Shown here piece by piece: positions 54,555 through 64,000 of a stretch of DNA of 64,000 nt (the first letter of the stretch is position 1; every line of letters starts with the position of its first letter). This DNA comes from the human T2T-CHM13v2.0 reference genome, Homo sapiens: NCBI RefSeq assembly GCF_009914755.1, contig NC_060936.1, one strand, 5' to 3'. The notes beneath the pieces are model-generated. The model was not told where the DNA came from. It made no database searches and was given only the letters and a program-made list of their open reading frames with translations. The translations under genes were made by a program, and so were the position numbers.

Positions 54555-55571
54555 TCCCTGATACATTTACTAAGTTTCCCAAACATTATCCACTTTTCAT
54601 ATTAACCACTTGATGTATTTTTCAGATACCATAAATAATATTTCTAATAATTTTCCAATCCCATCCAAAATGTGTAAGAATTATTAAGAAATTAATATCA
54701 TTTTGTGCTCATTATGAGCAGCACATTTTTGAAAGCACAATCTTTTATAAAGACACTAAAGTGCATCAGATAGTTTTTCTGATAATTTTTGTATCCTTAA
54801 TAAAGTGCAATTGTTCTGCAAGGATAACTACATATAGCAAAAATCCATTAAACTGCATATAGCAAAAATCCATTAAAAATTATGAAAATTTACAGACAGT
54901 AAATTTTCTGTTAAATAGAATTTATCAAATTGGTATATAAATTTTTGGAAAGAAGGCAAAGCATAAGAAATCTATCTTTTTATCCCAAAATATTTTAAAC
55001 ACATTCATATACCAGGAATGGTATCACACATAGCCATTTTTTATTATAAGAAAAATAATGTGCTACTTCCTTTGAGAAAACAATCTTTGTCTAGAAATTT
55101 CACCAAAAAGCTTCTTAATAGAGCTTTCTACCTTTAGTCATAGGCCGAAGTTTTAACTCCTCTTCTATTACCCTCTACTCGTCAGCTATGTGGCTTCCTA
55201 TGCACTTTTATTGCACAATGCTTCGCATTCCTTAAGTAGTTTTTTATGATACGATATACTGTCTCTCAAACTAGATTAAATAATTTGATGTCATCTTATT
55301 TTTTATATAAATCTAGGTTCAATATTGATACTTGCGGGTTGAGATTTGCCGCAGCATCCTTCAATAACAATATACTTATAAAATTGTACTGAAAGAATTT
55401 TCTTTGATATTGTATTTGATAAGATCCTGAGCCAAGGACATAGAATTATGGATAAGAGCAGAGTACGTCAAGAATGATGATGATTTACAGCTTTGGTAAA
55501 TAAACCCATCGTGTTTAGAGATTGGGAAGGGGCAAAGGTAGGTGAGTTGGGAAAAACACAGCAGGAACAGT

Positions 55572-55860
55572 GGCTGAGTGTTGTGGCTCCAGCTTATACC
55601 CCAGCACTTTGGGAGGTCAAGGCAGGAGGATTGCTTGAGGCCAGGAGTTTGAGACCAGCCTGGGAAAATATAGTGAGATCTCATCTCTACATTTTTTTTT
55701 AATTAGCTGGGCAATTGTGTGTGTGCCAGTAGCCCTAGCCACTCAGGAGGCTGAGGCAAGAACATTGCTTAAGACCAGGAGTTTGAGCTTGCAGAGAGCT
55801 ATGACTGCACTCCAGTCTGGGCAATAAAGCTACGCCCTGTCTCAAAAAAGAAAAAAGAAA
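55572..55860 (+). mobile_element. AluJ
   Basis: ggctgagtgttgtggctc...ggaggattgcttgaggccaggagtttgagaccagcctggg...gagctatga-tgcactccag. Confidence 0.9.
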
Positions 55861-55999
55861 GAGAAAAGAAAAGGAAGAGGGGAGGGGAGGGGAGGGGAGG
55901 GGAGGAGAGGGGAGGGGAGGGGAGGAGAGGAGAGGAGAGCAGAGGAGAGGAGAGGAGAGAGGAGAGGAGAGAGGAGAGGAGGAGAGGAGAGGAGGAGGA
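55844..55999. repeat. Polypurine tract, A-tail into (GGGGA)n/(GAGGA)n
   Basis: ~155 nt of purines with a single C at 55940. Confidence 0.95.
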
Positions 56000-58428
56000 T
56001 AAAAGCCCAACAGGTTTACAGGTGAAAATAATGAGAGTGGATTTCGATTCTTAAGCTTCGGGTGCCTGAATTACTTTCAAGTGGTAATGATTAATAGGCA
56101 GTAGGAAATACAGGTATAACAAAGAAAGGGAGGGTGATGAAATAGATTTGGTAAAGCCTAATATTTCAAGCCATTAGACTGGATGTAATCCATTCGGACA
56201 ATATTCAAAGAGGAGGAAGGAAAGAGAGAGAGAAAAGAGAACCAACAGAAGAAAAATGGCTCAGAAGGCTGCCTGTAAGACCAGAGTTCAGTTGTTTTAA
56301 GGACAGATTAGTAGACATAGACCAAGAGAAGGCACAACTGACGAGCTTAATCAATGGATATAAAACAAAGTAGTATGTAAATATGATTTATAATTTGTAA
56401 ACAGAGTCTGAAACTCAAGAATTCTAAGAACATAAGAAAAAGAAATTCACACAAGTTCTGATGGACCACTGAAGCCATTGAGCTCATTTTACAATTACTA
56501 AGGCCCTAAACTATGAGAACATTTGAACTCAAGATTCAAAAACCTTAGCTAATAAGCAAACATGGGTAGGAAATAGGAAACTCAGTCAAAAATGGGTTTA
56601 GATAATAGGATCATTAAAATACTTATTACAGAAATTGTGATTCACCTAAGAGCTCAGTTAATAAGAAACTCTAATACGAATGCAAAGTAAGGGCCCAACT
56701 GAGTGCCTTATAAAATCCCTGTATATCCCCACTAGTTTCCTTTGTGTCTGGAGTAGGCCTCATCCATAAAGCAGAAGTGAATATCATTAAGTCATTTCCA
56801 ATGCTACGTCTATGGAAGTGAGAAGCCAGGCTTATACACTGGTAAATATAGGCAGCTTGGGGACAGCAGACCTCTCCAAAAGAAGATCAGACCAGTCAGG
56901 CTGACCCAAAGAAGAAAGGCAGGGTCTCAGGCTCAGCTCCTTTCAGATTCTGTAATCATATTAGTCCCTCTTCTTCCATGGATGGAAGTGAAAGCAGAGT
57001 ATGACTTCCAGGAATGTTCCTCCAAATAGAAACATGAAAATTGAGCATAAAGTATTTTCCCCTGAGAGAACACTTAAGGCTTATTGTCACCCTGTTCTTC
57101 TTTCAGGAGTTATTACTGAAGATAATAAGAAAGTTCTATCATTTCTCTAGGCTTGCCTTTTAAAAGTTTCCTATTATAATTTTTTAGAGTAACTATATGT
57201 AATTAAACAGTGATTTCCCACATTTGGTGCTGCCCTAGAGTAAGACGCTTGCTGTCTTTTACACTAAAGCTAAGAACCAAACCAAAGCAGATGAGATTTT
57301 TGATAAGAAGAGGGTAAATATGTGCTACTCTAATAAGTCACTAGAATTTGCCAAAGAAGAGGTATTAGCAAGACAATTGTTCATATAAGAATTGTTTCAT
57401 TTTGATAACAGAATAGGATGTTTACTTCTCTTTCTCCTCTCCTACATCTTGGGAGCATAAAATGTGAAGAAACCTATAAACCTTGTTTTCAACTCAATAG
57501 AGAGGAAGTGAGGTGTTACCTGAGAACTTAGGATCTGCCCCAGAGAAGAAGAATTGGTCTGGAGATGTCCTGTACTGCAAAAGCAGGATATAGTTAGGTC
57601 ATTTGTATTTACATCTGTATTTACATTTATATCCTTTCACTAGGAAAAGTGTTAAATCCATTCCCAATCCTGTATTAATGGTATTTTATTTTGAATTTTT
57701 GTTTGATACAGCACTGTTGCCTTTGTGCTGACACAGGTCTCTTCCTAACTAGAGCTTTGGTGAGTCTTTCCCCACACCACTTTGGAAGTGTTTATCATAT
57801 CTGTTGCTTTTTCAGCAGTCCTCTCAGCAACTGTGTTCATTTCAGATTATAATAGGACAATTGGATAGAATATCTTTTAAATACAAGAGAACTTTGTGAA
57901 GAAATATGAAAAATAAATTCATTGGATTTCAACCCAATGTTCTATATTGATTAACTTTTAGTTTCCAGATGTAATGTTGTATCCAAAAGTCTCTGATAAA
58001 TTACAGTGGCTGTTAATATTTCAAGAGGTTATATCAGATACCTGGGAAATTTTCTCCTGCCAAATTTTGCTATACTTCATTTTTTTAATTATCAGTTTCA
58101 TAATTTATACCTTTTTTCACAGTCTTTAAAAATTTTCCTTTGAAAAAGTTGATTTCTTTCTTTGTTAACTTAGAATTTCTTTTCATTTTTTAAAAATGTA
58201 TTTTGCCTTTTGTGTTTTGGTATAACTTTATACCAACCAAGAGTGTCATATTTAGACAAGAATTAAAATTATGTACATTTTATTGTAGGTTCTTGAGAAG
58301 TTTGTAGTTAAGTGGAAGAGAATATCAGACATTTGCGATTTTGCATTCTGGATTGTGAGCTCTAAAAAGGAGATAATTAAAATAAAATAAACAGTAGTAG
58401 ACTAACTTCTAAAGAATTAAAGGAAGTA

Positions 58429-58755
<327 letters not shown>

Positions 58756-59106
58756 CTAGATGTTTTTATTCCACACATAAATATAGACACTAAATAATGT
58801 TCATTTACTTCTCACCTAATTCAATCTCTTCCTATGATGGTTTCTATTTTGGTATGATATCAATGTCTGTATTAGTTAGGATTTTGGTTACTTCTATATC
58901 AGACCTATCCACGGTGGCTAAAACAAATACGATTTTTTTTTTTTTCAGTTAATAAGAGTTAGGAAGTAAGCCATTAAGTTTCATGCAGCTGCTTAAGGGA
59001 ATCATCAGGGACCTAGATTAATACTAGCTCCTGATCTGTCATCTTTAGCATGTAATTTTGGTTCCTGCTCCACTTCCAGGGAAATTCACTATACTTCAGT
59101 AAATAA

Positions 59107-59495
<389 letters not shown>

Positions 59496-59612
59496 AACTT
59501 CAGTGCAATTATTTTTAACTCAGTTTTAGCCAAATAAAAGCACGATTCTTTCAGTAAGTAAATAATATACCTGCTATCATACTACTAGGATAAAAAATGA
59601 GTTACAGATATG

Positions 59613-59685
59613 ACATGGCACATGTATACAAACGTAACAAAACTGCACGTTGTGCACATGTACCCTAGAACTTAAAGTATAATTT
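59613..59685 (+). mobile_element. Extremely 5'-truncated L1PA (L1PA4-7-like) 3' end
   Basis: acatggcacatgtatac...ctgcacgttgtgcacatgtaccctagaacttaaagtataat; direct repeat taaaaaatgagttacagatatg at 59591-59612 and 59686-59707. Confidence 0.93.
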
Positions 59686-60499
59686 TAAAAAATGAGTTAC
59701 AGATATGTGTTATAATTCTAACACTTTATAGTGATTGTAGAGGTTTTCAAAATTCAGAATGCCTAATATTCATATAGAAAATTTATAAAAGAGACAGATT
59801 TTAAGTTCTCAAAAAGAGATACTCTTATTCAACAGGGCAGAGCATGTTTCAAAAGTTTCTATATGCAACTATCATCATAGCTACAGATGGTTCATGAACC
59901 ACTTTTTGAGAAATACAGGTAAACTTCGATACAATTTATTGAAGAACCTTTCCATTGATTAGTAAAGGTCAAAGATAATTGTCTTTTAATTTATTTGAAC
60001 TCTATGCTTCAACTTCTTATAATTTTATTCTTAAACTTCTTCTTAATATTTCCCTTCTTTGTTTTTCTTTATTTTTAAAGATGAAACTACCAGGCTCATT
60101 GCAAATTATGCCATTTCTAAAGAAAGTAATTATTAAGTGAACTTTACTAATTATTTTTCTGTCTTCATTGATTCTTAAGTCATAGTCAGTCTGGAAGCTG
60201 TTATGTACTTTTGGGAATATATTCTGAATCTATTACTTCAGGTAAAATTTAATTACTTCAAGTTATATTTGAAGATGGTGACATATTTAGTATTTTTCAA
60301 GTTTGAGAGTATGAAAGCATCAAGTCCTCAGGGTTGCTTGTGAAAGAAGACCTTGTTTCTGTCTGTCTCTTCCCTTTGACGTTGGTACTGATTTTTGTAA
60401 ATATCTCTTTCAGTTTTCCATTGAATAGAATGTGGTCTACCATAAAGGAAGCAGAGAGGCCAGTAGTTACTATGCAGTTCCTCCCTTCATGGCCCTTAT

Positions 60500-60687
60500 T
60501 TAGTGACTTTCTGGAGCAAGCTCATGCTGGATTCTGAGAGTTAATTCTCAGCATCTATTCTCAACTCTGTGTTCTGTGACATTAGCTTGATAGTTAGAAA
60601 TTGGCCACGGTGGGTATATTTTACACCACAGAAATCAAGAACTGCTACAAACCAGGCTTTTGTTTGGTTTTTACTAGCACATCACAG
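60500..60687. mobile_element. MER63A-like hAT relic
   Basis: ctggagcaagctcat...gaaattggccacggtggg...tttacaccacagaaatc...gctacaaaccaggc. Confidence 0.55.
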
Positions 60688-61034
60688 CCTACATTCACCT
60701 GTGTCATCTTGTGGATATGTAAACAGCTGTCAAAGTCAAATTACCCACCTTCCTCACCTTCAGCCCACTAGGAGTCTTGTTTTGCATGGGCTAAGCCAGA
60801 GTGCTGATTGCAGAATTACAACTCTTAAATAAGAAACATCTAAACATAAAATGAAGCACCAAGATGACTTTCCATTTCTGTTGTTACAAATTAGGAACCT
60901 GATCAAGAACAATGAGGTCTTGTAGTAGAAATGGAGTCACAGTCTTTAATTTATCAAAAAGTTATTTATAAATGTTCATCGAAATGACAACATTGGAATT
61001 ATTCTTTGCTTTGGGACATGACTATTTTCAAAAG

Positions 61035-61177
61035 TAAGTGAGCAAAGGTATGAAAGAAGGAAAGAGAGGAGGAGATAATGAAACAAAGGGACAAAAAAGG
61101 AAGAATAAAAGGAAGGAGGAAGGGAGGGAGGGGGAAGAAGGGAAAAAGAGAAAAAGAAAGAGAGAAATAAAGAGAAT
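61035..61177. repeat. GA-rich low-complexity tract
   Basis: gaaagaaggaaagagaggagga...ggaaggaggaagggagggagggggaagaagggaaaaagag. Confidence 0.75.
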
Positions 61178-61247
61178 ACTTGGTGAAATCAATAAAAATT
61201 TGCACTTGCTTTGTTTTCAATTTTAGTCTAAATAAAAAAAATAAATT

Positions 61248-61520
61248 GGCCCCTCACGCCTATAATCCCAGCACTTTCCAGGGCCAAGGTGGGCAGGTCT
61301 CTTGAGGCCAGGAGTTTGAGACCAGCCATGGCCAACATGGTGAAACCCAGTCTCTACTAAGAACACAAAAATTAGCTGAGGGTGGTGGTGCACACCTGTA
61401 ATCTCAGCAGCTCAGACGGCTGAGGCAAAAGAATCACCTGAACCTGGGAGGTGGAGGTGAGCCCCCTGGGAGACAGAGTGAAAACCTGTCTCATAAAAAC
61501 AAAACAAAGCAAAACAGAAA
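61248..61520 (+). mobile_element. Alu (old S/J) with internal deletions
   Basis: ctcacgcctataatcccagcac...gaggccaggagtttgagacc...gaacctgggaggtggaggtgagcc|cctggg-gacagagtg; (CAAAA)n tail. Confidence 0.88.
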
Positions 61521-62689
61521 CCATGAACTGGAGTCTGAAGATGTGAAATAGAATCATTATTAATAAAATAAAAATTTTAAAAACATATTTTCTCTATATA
61601 ATAACTAGTTTCTAGTAAAAATTTCTTGGTTGCATTAAAATTGTTTTGCTCCTCTTTTTGCAAATAAAGAGTGAGTTGTTTTTGAAAAACAGGATGTACC
61701 ACGGAGAAGAAAGGTGTTAAATAGCTCTAGAACAAAGTATGTCATATAAATGATTTACTATGTTCTGTAGGATACAGATCATTATTGCTGAGATCATTAC
61801 AATGGAAAATATTGATTTGTTTATAAGAAAGTATAAAGTCAGAACTGAGTCAACCCTCAAAGAACACTACAGAATGATGCCCTATAAAATCCTACAAAGA
61901 CAAGCTGTATTGTTAATCAGCCTCTACACAGCCTGATTTTGCAAGATGTCCTTGATTGAGGCACAGCGTCAGCTATCCTTACGTCAATACAGTATGTCAA
62001 TAGTGAAGAAATATGTTTGTAATTGCTTTTGTTTGTGAGAGAGCTCTATGGAATCCTGAAGGCACTGTGAGATGGGATGGACTACTAAATTAGCACTCCA
62101 AAGATAACAGTCCCATATATCATTGATAAACAAATCACCACACATGCATTCTGGCTGAGAGTCTGTATTTTGTAAGTCAATTTAAATGAGTAGGGCACAC
62201 CGTGTAATAGACTTTTAAAAAGATCTCAGTTAAGGACAGGAGTTTGGGAAAGACAAATGTATCAAAAAGACATTGAAAGGAGTGCAGTCACCGTCTCTAC
62301 CAAAATAACCAAACATTATTCAAGCTTATTTTCCTTGGATTTTCCAAGTAGATTAATTGCAATATTTTAAATATTGCAATAATTTAATAAATAACAGAAA
62401 GACAAATCGATATTTTGTGAATAGACAAGGCAGTCATAAGAATGTATTGGCTATATATCCATACAAAAATTATCTTATTTTGATTCTAGTGTTTTGTAAA
62501 ACTGTCACAGTGTGTGTAGTTCCACCCACTTTCACATGTACCCACAATGCCAGATATCTTTCATATTGGTATTAATATTGTTATTATTATCACCAAACGT
62601 ACTGCTAAAGAATTATATACTGGACTACTAAAGTAATGGTGAAAAATGTTCCAGGTAATCTTATGTGTATTAAACTTCTTTAACATTTA

Positions 62690-63616
<927 letters not shown>

Positions 63617-64000
63617 TAGCTGACGAACATATATAACAAGTTTCAACTAACAACTTGACAGACGCAATCATATTTGCTTCATGTAGTTTGAGTAGGTAGG
63701 CTTTTGTCACTTGTAACTGAGAGACCTGATTAACAATGTTTTCCACATGTTGTTCAATTATTATAATTATTCCAAATAAAAAAAGACAGATCCCAATGAG
63801 AAAAGCAAAGCGGTCCCGATTTTGATCAATTTCAACAATTCATCTTTATTCATTTATGTATTTTAATTTCTGTACTTTTCTTACCCTGCCTTTTGAGAGC
63901 AACCATGCCCCCAGGTAAGTAAAGATTCCAATGCTGTATTCATTTCAATGAACATTTCTAAGTTAATTTTGTTGAATTAGACATCACTCCATTTCCACTG

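Overview
This is an AT-rich, repeat-dense stretch of catarrhine primate (human-like) genomic DNA, either intergenic or deep-intronic. I found no supportable protein-coding exon, RNA gene or CpG island, and every listed ORF is explained by repeats or low-complexity sequence. The window holds about 12 Alu/FLAM copies (several with clean target-site duplications), old L1M, L2 and MIR fragments, and many MaLR/ERV LTRs: a solo THE1, a full THE1, a truncated THE1, a full MSTA-type element, plus MSTB, MLT1, MLT2, MER4, MER21 and LTR16 copies. It also holds hAT relics (MER20, MER5, MER63) and a full-length, decayed Hsmar1 mariner transposon. The most notable structure the repeats do not explain is a long inverted duplication of apparently non-repetitive DNA. 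Its arms are about 19187-20030 and 21085-21892, roughly 85-90% identical by eye, with a ~1.05 kb spacer containing an Alu; it would fold into a >800 bp dsRNA stem if transcribed. Other items worth checking are a GC-rich candidate retrocopied 3'UTR (~8150-8763), a truncated Alu inserted on the Hsmar1 catalytic motif, several template-switch scars, and a ~70 bp L1PA insertion with a 22 bp TSD. Repeat subfamily names come from my recall of consensus sequences and should be confirmed with RepeatMasker/Dfam.
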